This document shows positions 17,950 through 27,045 of a stretch of 61,818 nucleotides of DNA, piece after piece; the stretch's first letter is position 1; every line of letters begins with the position of its first letter. Origin of the DNA: Pseudomonas phage Itty13; the sequence record MW460249.1; one strand, given 5' to 3'. The notes beneath the pieces were generated by a model. It made no database searches, was not told where the DNA came from, and saw only the letters and a program-made list of their open reading frames with translations. The position numbers and the translations under genes are program-made.

Positions 17950-18627
17950 TCAGGTCCAAGAGATATATACCGCGCCATTTCCACCCTTTGCGCCGGCCAC
18001 CTGCCCAGCGCCGCCACTACCGCCAGACGGCACCGTCACCGTGAGCGTTGCGCCGACACCAAGCGCGCCCGGCCCGTAGTCGCTGACCGCGCGGCCGCCG
18101 TCTCCGCCGTTTCCGCCCTTGGTCGCTCCGTAGGTTCCGCCCACGCCGCCATCAGCGCCGCCGCCGGTGCTGTTCAGCACGTTTCCGCCAGACCCGGTCC
18201 CGCTGGCCGCCTTTCCCGGCGTGCTGTAGTACGATCCCTGTCCGCCTGCGCCGCCATTCCCTCGCAGGCCGGTGCCGGAAACCGTTGCATCGCCACCAGC
18301 GGCACCATTCGAGCCCGGATACCCAACATCATAGGTCGAGCCGCCACCACCACCGCCAGCGCCGCGAACGTCGATCCGCAAGGTGCTGTAGACCGGGACG
18401 GTGAAACTGTAGGTGCCTGGGCTCGTGAAGCTGCGAGAGCCCGCGACGGATTTCTGAGCGCCGTAGAACTGGCTCATGTAAATCGCGCCGCCGGTCGGCA
18501 CATTCAGGTTGTTCGCCGTGGTCAGCGCGCCACGGTAGTAGTGCGACATGTAGTTGGGCGGCCCCCAGTTGCCGAACTCGTCGCGCAACTGGGAAATCCA
18601 AATCGTTCCAGAGCCTGGGAGCGCCAT
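17950..18627 (-). CDS. Glycine-rich tail fibre-like protein (225 aa)
   Basis: GGxGG-rich repeats (RGAGGGGGGSTYDVGYPGSNGAAGGD...) typical of phage glycine-rich fibre/collar domains. Directly follows tail fibre 2. Confidence 0.65.
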   Translation of the reverse strand: MALPGSGTIWISQLRDEFGNWGPPNYMSHYYRGALTTANNLNVPTGGAIYMSQFYGAQKSVAGSRSFTSPGTYSFTVPVYSTLRIDVRGAGGGGGGSTYDVGYPGSNGAAGGDATVSGTGLRGNGGAGGQGSYYSTPGKAASGTGSGGNVLNSTGGGADGGVGGTYGATKGGNGGDGGRAVSDYGPGALGVGATLTVTVPSGGSGGAGQVAGAKGGNGAVYISWT

Positions 18628-19764
18628 TTACCGACCCTCCAGCTTGCGAACGCGGGCGGCCAGTTCCTTCACGGCCTCGATCAGCGGGCCAACGATGTTG
18701 CCGTAATCGACGTGCAGACCGTCCGGGCCGGAGCCAACGACCTCGGGCAAGACCTCGCGCACCTCCTGGGCGATCACGCCGACGCGCTGCGCGCCCGTGC
18801 GCTTGTCGATGTACCGGACGCCGCGCAGGCGCTCTATCAGCGCCAGGGCGCCACGGATCGGCCGGATGCGCTTCTTGTGCTTGCGGTCGGAGTAGGCGCC
18901 GATGTTCGCCGTGGCGATGAAGTTGCCGGAGTTGTCCGAGTAGCAGGCCCACCCGCCGCCGCTGGTCAGGAAGCCGACGAGACCGCCATTGCTGTGCAGG
19001 TAGCGCATGCCCCAGTCGGTGTCGTACAGGTTGATCTGCGGCGCGGTGCTGTTGATCTGAAATCCGCCGGTGATCGTTCCACCGGAGAGCGGCAGGTAGT
19101 TCGCCGGGTTGAAGTTGCCGGTCGTCCACACCGAATTGCCGTTCACATACAGATGCGCGCCGGGCATGACGTAATTCGAGCCATCCCAATGCAGGTAGCG
19201 CGCGCCGCTGTTGCCGAGGAAGATCACGCCGGTGCCGGGCGATGCCGGCCGGTAGGTGGTGAGGTCGGCGGTCAGCGTGACGTTGCCGGTGATGGTGCCG
19301 CCAGCCTTGTCGAACTTGGTCGCCAGCGCCGCCGTCGTGCTCGCCTGGTTGTCGGTGATCTGCTGTTGCAAGTTCGCCCGCACGCCCTCCAGTGCGGTGC
19401 TGGCGCCGGACTGGACCGCCGCGTCGCCAGCCTGCATCTCGCCTTGCAGGTCCTCGCGCAGGTCGGAAAACATGGTCGCCAGCGTGCCAGAGGTCAGGCG
19501 CAGCTCGATGCGGTCGCCGACGTTGAACTCCTTGGCGGAGGTTCCCTCGCGGCCGCGCTCGACGGTGAGCACGTCGCTGTTGCGTTCCGTGCAGCGCGCG
19601 ATCTCAAAGTCGCCGGATGGCATGATGATGGTGATGGGGAACCAGTCGCCGCCGGTCGGAGACGGGAACGCGCTTCCGCTTCCAGCTCGCAGGACGATGG
19701 TGGTGTCAGCCGTGCCGAGCTGCGCGGCAAGCGTAGATACAGCGTTGTTCGCTATAAGAGGCAT
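18628..19764 (-). CDS. Tail fibre protein 2 with C-terminal peptidase S74 intramolecular chaperone domain
   Basis: ATG at 19764 with RBS AGAGGG; the track ORF starts further upstream at 20115. The N-terminal domain (MPLIANNAVSTLAAQLG...FPSPTGGDWFPITII...RCTERNSDVLTVERGREGTSAKEFNVGDRIELR) is shared with the fibre at 20284..21822. The C-terminus (DRKHKKRIRPIRGALALIERLRGVRYIDK...VGVIAQEVREVLPEVV...LIEAVKELAARVRKLE) matches the S74 chaperone pattern. Confidence 0.75.
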   Translation of the reverse strand: MPLIANNAVSTLAAQLGTADTTIVLRAGSGSAFPSPTGGDWFPITIIMPSGDFEIARCTERNSDVLTVERGREGTSAKEFNVGDRIELRLTSGTLATMFSDLREDLQGEMQAGDAAVQSGASTALEGVRANLQQQITDNQASTTAALATKFDKAGGTITGNVTLTADLTTYRPASPGTGVIFLGNSGARYLHWDGSNYVMPGAHLYVNGNSVWTTGNFNPANYLPLSGGTITGGFQINSTAPQINLYDTDWGMRYLHSNGGLVGFLTSGGGWACYSDNSGNFIATANIGAYSDRKHKKRIRPIRGALALIERLRGVRYIDKRTGAQRVGVIAQEVREVLPEVVGSGPDGLHVDYGNIVGPLIEAVKELAARVRKLEGR

Positions 19765-19903
19765 CTCTGCGCCCTCTTCGTGATGTCGAAAACGGTCCTT
19801 CCCGATGATCAGGACCGTGATGACAGCGACGAAGAGAAGCGCGAGATATTCATGCCCGCGATTGTCGGCGGCCGAACGTCCGATGGTCAAGCGCGCGCAC
19901 AAT

Positions 19904-20302
19904 TCAGACCGCCGGCAATGGGTATTGCTCGCGAATTTCGTTGTACCGCACGATGGCCGCGTCGCGCACAGCCTCCCAGCCTTCCTCGCCCATGAGCTGC
20001 ATCCGGCTCGCCTCGGCAAACATGCGGTCGGAGCCAGTGATCGGATCGGCGTAGGCCCTGGCGCGTAACGCCTCGATCTCCTCGCGCGTGTATACCGGCG
20101 CTGGCGGAGGCTCATATGCCGCGATCTCGCCGTGCTCGCCGGCCATGATCGCGGCGTAGATCAACCGGCCGGACTCCTCGACATCATCGGGAGAGGCGGT
20201 GAACGGAATCCAGCCGAACACTTCGTGCTCGATCTCGCAGTCAACGGAGCCGACCGCGTTGTACTTCGGGTTGCGCACTTGCATCAGGAAATCCTCAGCC
20301 AA
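19904..20302 (-). CDS. Tail fibre assembly protein (Tfa-like chaperone)
   Basis: 132 aa; pattern AYEPPPAP...EEIEALRARAYADPITGSDRMFAEASRMQL is typical of the Caudovirales Tfa family. Lies between the two fibre genes. Confidence 0.6.
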   Translation of the reverse strand: MAEDFLMQVRNPKYNAVGSVDCEIEHEVFGWIPFTASPDDVEESGRLIYAAIMAGEHGEIAAYEPPPAPVYTREEIEALRARAYADPITGSDRMFAEASRMQLMGEEGWEAVRDAAIVRYNEIREQYPLPAV

Positions 20303-21822
20303 ACAGTTGCCCCACCTGTGTTGCCATTACCCATGCATCGCCACGTTCCTGACGGTGCGCCGCCGCTTACAGCATTGTGAGACGTCCATCGAAGATTGGC
20401 GCCCGAGGTCGTGCCGCCAGCGCCAACGTTGGGGCCAGATGAGTTGAACAAATAGGCATAGGTTCCGATGGCGCCGATGCCCGCATCAGCGGTAAGGCTG
20501 GTTACATCTGCCGTCGTCAGCGACAGCGCGTGCGTGTGGCTCGTCGCGGTGACGCTGTTGCCGGTGCCAGTCGATATGGTGCCAGGAGTGCCCAGGGTGA
20601 GCGTGCGGTCGGCATTGAGCGCGCCGCCGCCCGTCAGGCCGTTGCCGGCGGTAAGCGTCGGCATGTTCCCGGTGTGATAAATCTCGACCGGACTCCGGAG
20701 GCCAATACTGTTCGCCCCCGCTGCGGCATGAAGGAAAAACCGGTCTTGGTACGGAAGGTTCGACAGCCGGAAGCCGGCGGTGGTCGATGAAAGCCTTACG
20801 TCGAGGAAAAAATGCCCGCCCGGCTCACCGGACCGATAGTAGAAACCGGTCGGGTTGCTTTGCCCGATACCAACGCTCGGACCAATCATGACGCCCCCGA
20901 GGCCAAACGCTCCCATCCTCAAGAGGCGATTGAGAGCGGTATCGCCTACTGACGCCTGCGCGTCCCACTGCGCCGCACTTCCGAGTTCCAACGTTTGGCG
21001 AACCGCTGCCGCGTTGGCATCGTCCAGAATGGTCCTGGCGAAGTCGGTGATCGTGAGGTTCACATCACTGAAGGCCTGTGACCACGGTCCCCAGGTGGTC
21101 GCATTGCTCTGAACTTGGAAGAAGAGATTCCCGTTCCGAATGAACATGCGCTGAGCTGCGCCATGGCCGCCGGAAGTATCAGACCACTGCCCGTTGACGA
21201 TAAGGACGCCGTACTGGTTCGTACCAGCGACGGCAGGAATATTCAGTCCATCGGAGCCGCCTCGCGCAAAGCCAGCCACCATACCCTTGCCGAATACATC
21301 GGTAGGGGTTCCGCTCTCTAGAACCGTCCCGCGCAGGTCCAGCATCTTGCCCAGGCCGAAAGCACCTACAGTCATCAGGCGCCCCGTCGCATTGTCCAGC
21401 GCGGTTGCCTGCTTCTGAGAGATAGCGCCGTCTTGCAGTTGGAGCCTATTACGCGCCGAAGCGGCATCAGGATCGCCGAGCATCCCCTGCATGTAGGCGG
21501 AGATGTCGCTGGTCTGCTGGAACTCCAACATAGCGGCGGCGGTGATCCGCAGCTCTACGCGGTCGCCGGCGTTGAACGCACGGGCCGTAGTGCCTTCCTG
21601 GCCGCGCGCCACGGTCAGCACGTCGCCGCTGCGAGCGGTGCAGCGCATGACCTCCATATTGCCGGCAGAGTCAATTACAGTGACCGGATACCATTGGCCC
21701 TGGCCCGCCGGCGGAAACGGGAACTTGCCACCATCTCCAGCCGAGACCGCGAACGATGTCGCAGCAGCGGAGATCGATGACGCAAGCCGGCTGGTCGCGT
21801 TGTTCTTGAGAAGGACGGCCAT
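20284..21822 (-). CDS. Tail fibre protein 1 (512 aa)
   Basis: Shares the conserved N-terminal attachment domain with fibre 2 (NNATSRLASSISAAAT...FPFPPAGQGQWYPVTVI...RCTARSGDVLTVARGQEGTTARAFNAGDRVELR). The C-terminal half is divergent and G/T/S-rich. Confidence 0.7.
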   Translation of the reverse strand: MAVLLKNNATSRLASSISAAATSFAVSAGDGGKFPFPPAGQGQWYPVTVIDSAGNMEVMRCTARSGDVLTVARGQEGTTARAFNAGDRVELRITAAAMLEFQQTSDISAYMQGMLGDPDAASARNRLQLQDGAISQKQATALDNATGRLMTVGAFGLGKMLDLRGTVLESGTPTDVFGKGMVAGFARGGSDGLNIPAVAGTNQYGVLIVNGQWSDTSGGHGAAQRMFIRNGNLFFQVQSNATTWGPWSQAFSDVNLTITDFARTILDDANAAAVRQTLELGSAAQWDAQASVGDTALNRLLRMGAFGLGGVMIGPSVGIGQSNPTGFYYRSGEPGGHFFLDVRLSSTTAGFRLSNLPYQDRFFLHAAAGANSIGLRSPVEIYHTGNMPTLTAGNGLTGGGALNADRTLTLGTPGTISTGTGNSVTATSHTHALSLTTADVTSLTADAGIGAIGTYAYLFNSSGPNVGAGGTTSGANLRWTSHNAVSGGAPSGTWRCMGNGNTGGATVWLRIS

Positions 21823-21825
21823 ACG

Positions 21826-22122
21826 TCAGCACCCCTTGATCCGAATTATGAAACACTCTTCTTTGACGCGGCCCTGGGCGGTGGAGGCGGTGACAACGAC
21901 ATCGTAGGTCGCGCCGACCGTTCCGCCGGAGAGCCACACTTTCACGACAGTGCCGAACACGGCGACGGAATCGATGGAAAGGTCAGTGACCGCATTGGGG
22001 TCGCTGCTCTTGATCTGCGCGACCGCTTCCGCGCTCTGTATCACGTCATCGTCCGACAGCCACTTGCCGAACAGCACGTCGTAGTCTAGCCGATCCTCTG
22101 CGTGCTTCTTCACCGCGAGCAT
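21826..22122 (-). CDS. Hypothetical structural protein (98 aa)
   Basis: Compact ORF in the tail module with protein-like composition. Confidence 0.45.
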   Translation of the reverse strand: MLAVKKHAEDRLDYDVLFGKWLSDDDVIQSAEAVAQIKSSDPNAVTDLSIDSVAVFGTVVKVWLSGGTVGATYDVVVTASTAQGRVKEECFIIRIKGC

Positions 22123-22976
22123 CAGATACTCCTTGTCTCTCGCGCGACGATCAGGCCGCGCGGGTCGCGTTGAACGATGATGGTGCGAGACCGAGGCGCC
22201 GGGACGTATTCGGTCGGGATCGGCGGAATGCCGGCCTGGAGCGCGCCAGCCAGCAGGACAATGGTGGCCGCGCCTTCCGCGTAGACGTAGCGCTGCATGG
22301 CGCTGTCATCGCCACGGCTGAACAGCTCGATCAGGGCGTCGGCAGGTTCGAGATACACCTTCCGGCCGAAGCGCGCGTCGCCGACTGCGCTCAGGGCAAT
22401 GGTGGAATCGCCAGCCGGCGAGTTGATCACCAGATGCGGAGCCGCGCGCGTGGCCAGCTCGATCCTGGCGCCGAACGGCTCCAGGCGCACGGCCCTGCCG
22501 GGCACACCCTCCGCTCCGGTGGCGATGATGATCTGAGAGGCGCCCTCGCCGAAGATGCCGGGCGTCACGCGCTCCTCGATCACGGTCTCGAAGATGATGT
22601 CGAACGACGCGGCAGCAGGCGCAACAACCTGTGCGTCGCCATCAGCCAGGAACACGATGTCCGATGCGCTCTCGCCGAGCACCCAGCGCGTCCCGTCCGC
22701 GTCACTGCCGATCTGGATGATCGACGCGCCGGAGCCGGATCGGCCGTAGATCGCCTCCGCGTCGGAGTCGAGCATGATGTTCGCGGCATAGAACGGCGGC
22801 GTCAGGAGAACCGAGGGCTCGCCCGTGGTCTGCACCTGAATGGAGGCATCCCCGGAGAGGGATGCGCCCCGGATGGACTCTGCATCCGACGCGACCGCCA
22901 CGGTAGACGAGCCGTACCAGCTCCAAATCTCGTTGGAGCCGTTCAACTCGGCGGCGTTGATCGGATGCAGGTTCAC
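22122..22976 (-). CDS. Structural protein with internal Ser/Ala/Gly-rich repeats (284 aa)
   Basis: Repeated motifs (GASLSGDASIQVQTTGE / GSGASIIQIGSDADG / GESASDIVFLADGDAQV) suggest a beta-rich tail or baseplate component. Confidence 0.5.
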   Translation of the reverse strand: MNLHPINAAELNGSNEIWSWYGSSTVAVASDAESIRGASLSGDASIQVQTTGEPSVLLTPPFYAANIMLDSDAEAIYGRSGSGASIIQIGSDADGTRWVLGESASDIVFLADGDAQVVAPAAASFDIIFETVIEERVTPGIFGEGASQIIIATGAEGVPGRAVRLEPFGARIELATRAAPHLVINSPAGDSTIALSAVGDARFGRKVYLEPADALIELFSRGDDSAMQRYVYAEGAATIVLLAGALQAGIPPIPTEYVPAPRSRTIIVQRDPRGLIVARETRSI

Positions 22977-22977
22977 G

Positions 22978-23397
22978 TTAGAGCACCGAGACGGTCAGCT
23001 TCTGCACGTCGATGACGAACACGTCGCCAGGGTTCAGGGTCCGGCTAGATGCGAGCTGCCCGAGCACGAGACAGTTGCCGCCGGTCTGCGCATCCCACAG
23101 GCTGTAGTAGGTCACGGTGAGCGGCGCCGCGCCGTCGAAGACCGGGAAGATCAGTTGCAGCGCGTTCTTGCCGGAGCCGCCCACCGGAGCGGTCCACCCG
23201 GCGGACACAGCGCCGCCCTTGGCCGCGTCCTGGCGCTTGTAGGCGGGGAACGCGGCCAGCGTGACCTCGTTGGCGCCAGTATCGCCGGGGTTGGCGGTAT
23301 GCAGGGCGACGTAGATGGCGGTCGGCGGCACGTAGTTCACGCCGCGCAGCAGGTTGTCGTACAGCTTGTTTTCGAGGTAGTCGGATGCAGCGGACAT
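22978..23397 (-). CDS. Hypothetical virion protein (139 aa)
   Basis: Minus-strand ORF in the head-tail joining region. Confidence 0.5.
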   Translation of the reverse strand: MSAASDYLENKLYDNLLRGVNYVPPTAIYVALHTANPGDTGANEVTLAAFPAYKRQDAAKGGAVSAGWTAPVGGSGKNALQLIFPVFDGAAPLTVTYYSLWDAQTGGNCLVLGQLASSRTLNPGDVFVIDVQKLTVSVL

Positions 23398-23406
23398 GTG
23401 GCCTCC

Positions 23407-24024
23407 TTAGAAGAAACTCGGCCGCGTCCGGGCGGGCGCCCGCTGCTGGCCTTTGATGTTGCGAGTGGACAGGGAGTCGAGCTTCTGGACGAAGCGCAGC
23501 GCGTAGAATTGACCGCGCTCTGGATCGGTGAACGATTGCAGCGGCAGCATCAGGATTTCGCCCAGCGCGCCGTCAGCGATCACGCGCAGGTAGTGCTTCG
23601 CCAGGAAGTCGGGAAGCTGCTCGGCCTCGTTGCTGGGCTTCAGGTACAGGCTCAGATGGAGCTGGCCGCCATGCCCGCGCGGCGCCAGGACAATGCTGTC
23701 CATGGATGCCTGGGAGACAAAGCGCGGGTCGCCGTCATGGGTGCGCCACGTCGGATAGTCGCGCTGAAGATCGGCGTAGGCGATGGGATCGAGAGGCTGG
23801 TCGTTGAAGGTCGCGGTCTCGATCTCCAGCAGCTCGGCGCCTTCCGGCACGCACACGACGTTGCAGTCGTCGCCAGTCACCTCGAAGCTGTCCGAGTCAC
23901 GCCACAGGCGCGTGCGCTCGCAGAACTGTTGCGCCGCGTTGATGATGGCCGCGAACGCGGTCGGCTCCGGGCAGCCGGGCGCGTAGGGCATGATGCTCGG
24001 GAGAAACACGTCGAGGTCGGTCAT
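23407..24024 (-). CDS. Hypothetical virion protein (205 aa)
   Basis: Minus-strand ORF with protein-like composition. Confidence 0.5.
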   Translation of the reverse strand: MTDLDVFLPSIMPYAPGCPEPTAFAAIINAAQQFCERTRLWRDSDSFEVTGDDCNVVCVPEGAELLEIETATFNDQPLDPIAYADLQRDYPTWRTHDGDPRFVSQASMDSIVLAPRGHGGQLHLSLYLKPSNEAEQLPDFLAKHYLRVIADGALGEILMLPLQSFTDPERGQFYALRFVQKLDSLSTRNIKGQQRAPARTRPSFF

Positions 24025-24650
24025 ACGCTACCCACGTTCGGAGAGGCCGCTGCGGCGGTCTCGTTCTGCTGTCCAAGGGCATCACCGAAGGCGCCGTAAT
24101 GTGCGGCGGCGAGCGCTCCATCGGAGTATTCGCTGTCCTTCGCCAGGGCGCGGTACAGCACGAAGCTGACCAGCGGGCTCATGTACACGCGGTCGAGGTC
24201 CAGGCTGTCGGTGTCGCTCGACACGTCGGGCGGCGGCGAGCTGTAGAACATCTCCACCTTGGCGCCCGCCACGGCCGCCGGGTAAACGTAGAAGGTCGTC
24301 GCCGTGCGCTCGTCATAGGTGTAGTGCTTGGTCCGCCCGGCCTTCAGGCGGCGCCAGCCTGGGTATTGATCGTCGAGGAGCTGGCGATCAACGCGGCGCA
24401 CCGGATAGCCGTCTTCCGTTGCAGGGATGTCGAGGAGCTGGATACCGCCCACCGGAATGCGCTGGAGCACGCCGGCTTGCAGCTCGACGGTCTCGGTGAT
24501 GGCGTGCGCAGACGGGCGCCGGATGACGATCTCGGCGGCCCCGTCGTTGATCCATCCGATCAGTTCTTCCTTGGTCCAGCGCACAAACTGGTCATCGTTC
24601 AGGATGATCCCAGCACGCTTGAGGACTTCGCTGACCGGGATGGGCATCAC
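24021..24650 (-). CDS. Hypothetical head-tail connector / completion protein (209 aa)
   Basis: Minus-strand ORF overlapping its neighbours by 4 nt (translational coupling). Confidence 0.5.
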   Translation of the reverse strand: MMPIPVSEVLKRAGIILNDDQFVRWTKEELIGWINDGAAEIVIRRPSAHAITETVELQAGVLQRIPVGGIQLLDIPATEDGYPVRRVDRQLLDDQYPGWRRLKAGRTKHYTYDERTATTFYVYPAAVAGAKVEMFYSSPPPDVSSDTDSLDLDRVYMSPLVSFVLYRALAKDSEYSDGALAAAHYGAFGDALGQQNETAAAASPNVGSV

Positions 24651-25285
24651 TCACCCTCGTCTTCGTCGAGGATTTGCTTGATGCGCTCGGCAGTCAGCTT
24701 GTGGTGCGGCGCCTTTTTGAACCGCGCCTTGTACTGCTCGACCAGGGCCTCGCGATCCAGGGGAGCAGGCTGCTCGGCGGCCTTGTCGTCGCCTTTGGTC
24801 TCGTCGCCATTGCCAGTGTCGGCCTCGCTATCGGCGTCGGCATCATCGACCAGCTCCACCGGATCGGCCTCGATTGCCTTGACCAGCTCCTCGTCGCTCA
24901 GGTCCTCGGCGCCCTCGATCTCCATGTCGCGGGCCAGCACCAGCAGTTGCTCGCGCGGAAGCTGCGGCAGGGTGGAGACGCTACCGTCCTTGTTCTGCAC
25001 GCCGGCCAGGGTGCCGAGCACCGGCTGATCGGTGTTCAGCGGGGAAGCCTGCACCGGCGGCGCCGGCGGCTGCTGCACGGGCGCTGGCGCGGGCGAGGCC
25101 TGGGTCTCGTCGATCTCGGCTGGCTGGAAGCCCTCGGGAATGGACAGGAAGCGCTGGATGTGTGCGCGGATGCTCACCTCGGCAAGGTGGCGCTCATCCT
25201 CCGGCGTCGGCTTGAAGTGGTAGACCTGATCGTCCAGCTCGACGCGCGTGCCGTTCTTCCGGCGGATGATGCTCTCGATCTTCAT
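24647..25285 (-). CDS. Hypothetical head protein with acidic C-terminal tail (212 aa)
   Basis: Track ORF 24647..25765 trimmed to the ATG at 25285 (RBS GAGGG). The upstream part of the track ORF is an out-of-frame overlap with 25336..25785. The C-terminus is acidic and low complexity (DDADADSEADTGNGDETKGDD). Confidence 0.5.
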   Translation of the reverse strand: MKIESIIRRKNGTRVELDDQVYHFKPTPEDERHLAEVSIRAHIQRFLSIPEGFQPAEIDETQASPAPAPVQQPPAPPVQASPLNTDQPVLGTLAGVQNKDGSVSTLPQLPREQLLVLARDMEIEGAEDLSDEELVKAIEADPVELVDDADADSEADTGNGDETKGDDKAAEQPAPLDREALVEQYKARFKKAPHHKLTAERIKQILDEDEGE

Positions 25286-25335
25286 GGGGATACCCTCGGT
25301 AGGAAAGAGCCGGCTTTCGCCGGCTCCTGCGTGGA

Positions 25336-25785
25336 TCACTCGCCGGTCTGGTAGTAGAACAGCACCAGATGCAGCTTCTTGCCGGCGGCGGCCGCGACAT
25401 CGCCGGAGAACTTCATGCCGATGCCGCGCGAGCCTTCGATGGACTTGATCAGCATCGACTCGCCCTTGCTCAGGGAGGCGAACTGCACAGCCTGGGCCGC
25501 GAACAGCTCGTTGCCCGAGGTGCGAGTGGTGTCCTCGGCATCGCCGTAGGTGCCGGACATCAGGCCCACGTCCACGGTGATGCCGGTGAAGCTCCCTTCG
25601 GAGATCAGGGTCGCGGAACCGATCTGGCAGAACGGCGGAAGCTCGCCGATCTCCAAAATGTCGGCGGCGGCGACTGCCTGATTGCTGAAGTCGAAGGTGA
25701 ACTTCTGCGCATGACTGGCGCCGGCGGTTTGCGGACGGACGGCCTGACGGTTGCCCTTGGCCCAAGCGGATTGGATGATTGCCAT
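25336..25785 (-). CDS. Head decoration / capsid-associated protein (149 aa)
   Basis: Follows the major capsid gene directly. Protein-like, high GC3. Confidence 0.5.
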   Translation of the reverse strand: MAIIQSAWAKGNRQAVRPQTAGASHAQKFTFDFSNQAVAAADILEIGELPPFCQIGSATLISEGSFTGITVDVGLMSGTYGDAEDTTRTSGNELFAAQAVQFASLSKGESMLIKSIEGSRGIGMKFSGDVAAAAGKKLHLVLFYYQTGE

Positions 25786-25812
25786 TACTTAGCTCCTCCT
25801 GTTGACCCGAAC

Positions 25813-26913
25813 TCAGGCGTTCGGGTCTTTGGCAGCGGTGTCGATGGCGCAGATGCCGAAGTCCCGGCCGTTGAAGCGGGTCTTGGTCACGCCGATGATG
25901 GTGCCAGCGCAGACGGTCGGCTCGTTGTCGAAGTCGTCCATCTCTTCCTTCCAGGTGAAGCGCAGGCCGCCGGCGGTGCCGAACGCGACGACGCCAGCCT
26001 GACGGCCCATGAACAGGGCGCGGGCTGCGGCGACGTTGCTACCAGCGCCGTAGTCGTTGAAGCGGATCGCCGACTCGTGGCTGTGCAGCACGACGTTGTT
26101 GATCATGCCCATGGAGCCCTTGAAGATCGGGTTGTTGCGACCTTCAGCGGCGGCAGCGGCCTTCTGCACTTCGAGCCAGCCGCGTTCGCCGGTCTCGTTG
26201 CGCAGGTCGTGCTCTTGGAACGGCGACATCAGGCAGACGTAGTGCTTCTCGCCGTTGACCGTGACCGGCATCATGTTCGCGGTCTTCGGGTCCCTGGCGC
26301 GCATCATCTTCGCCTTAACGACGGCGCGCTCGATCATGTAGCGGGTCATCACGTCGGTGGCGTCCAGGGTGGCCTTGGACTGCGCATCGCCGCCGTACAG
26401 CAGGTGCTGCGAATCCGGCGGCAGGAACGCATTGCCCGCGTGGCCGGTGTAGTCGGTCGGCTCGATGAAGTCCTCGTTGATGCCACGAGCACCGGACATG
26501 TACATGAAGTACAACTCGTCGATGTACATGGACCAGTAGTCGGACAGACGATCCTTGGCGACGCGGCGCAGGTCGTGCGCGGTGCGCTTGCGGGTCATCT
26601 TGCCGCCGGCGGAGACGGTCTTACGGATTTGGTCGATGATGACCTCATCGGTGTAGAACTTCAGGTTCTCCTCGGTGCCCTTGGCGCGGTTATCGCCATG
26701 CACCGGCTTGCCCCGGAGTTGTACCGACAGGTCGAAGGAGATGCGGTCGCCCGCGTCGCTCTCCAGCTCGGTCTTACGCTGGATGACGCTGTTCTCGGAC
26801 TCGCCGACGAAGCGGGTGTCCCAGTAGCTTTTCTTGGCGGTCTCCAAGAAGAGCTTGGCGGACCATTTCTTGATGGCCTTCGGATCACCGAAGGGAATAA
26901 CAGTTTGAGTCAT
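25813..26913 (-). CDS. Major capsid protein (366 aa)
   Basis: Positioned after portal, scaffold and CsrA-like genes. Size and composition fit a podovirus major capsid protein. A strong promoter-like conserved region with RBS GAGGG lies upstream. Confidence 0.75.
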   Translation of the reverse strand: MTQTVIPFGDPKAIKKWSAKLFLETAKKSYWDTRFVGESENSVIQRKTELESDAGDRISFDLSVQLRGKPVHGDNRAKGTEENLKFYTDEVIIDQIRKTVSAGGKMTRKRTAHDLRRVAKDRLSDYWSMYIDELYFMYMSGARGINEDFIEPTDYTGHAGNAFLPPDSQHLLYGGDAQSKATLDATDVMTRYMIERAVVKAKMMRARDPKTANMMPVTVNGEKHYVCLMSPFQEHDLRNETGERGWLEVQKAAAAAEGRNNPIFKGSMGMINNVVLHSHESAIRFNDYGAGSNVAAARALFMGRQAGVVAFGTAGGLRFTWKEEMDDFDNEPTVCAGTIIGVTKTRFNGRDFGICAIDTAAKDPNA

Positions 26914-26914
26914 A

Positions 26915-27020
26915 GCGCTGTGCCCTCATGCGGGTTGATGCTTGCACGTCGAAACCGCACGTCTTGCGCAGCGCCGTCCGTTCCGATTATCGGGTAAGTG
27001 ATTGCAAAACGCAAACACCT
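26915..27020 (-). promoter_or_regulatory. Capsid-gene promoter/leader: operator palindrome TTTGCGTTTTGCAA plus -10 GATAAT plus conserved leader shared with the erf upstream region
   Basis: On the gene strand the sequence GTGTTTGCGTTTTGCAATCACTTACCCGATAATCGGAACGGACGGCGC...CGCAAGACGTGC parallels 50297-50380. Confidence 0.5.
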
Positions 27021-27045
27021 ATGGCATGGCGACGGCCATAGGTGC
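27013..27045. other. 10-bp perfect inverted repeat (CACCTATGGC ... GCCATAGGTG) overlapping the stop of the CsrA-like gene
   Basis: Stem-loop with a 9-nt loop; it encodes the C-terminal PMAVAMP of the CsrA-like protein. Confidence 0.5.

Noticed and set aside
24647-25765. The 5' 480 nt of track ORF 24647..25765
   Set aside because: That part is an out-of-frame overlap with the 149-aa gene at 25336..25785 and is R/G-rich. The real gene starts at the internal ATG at 25285, which has an RBS.
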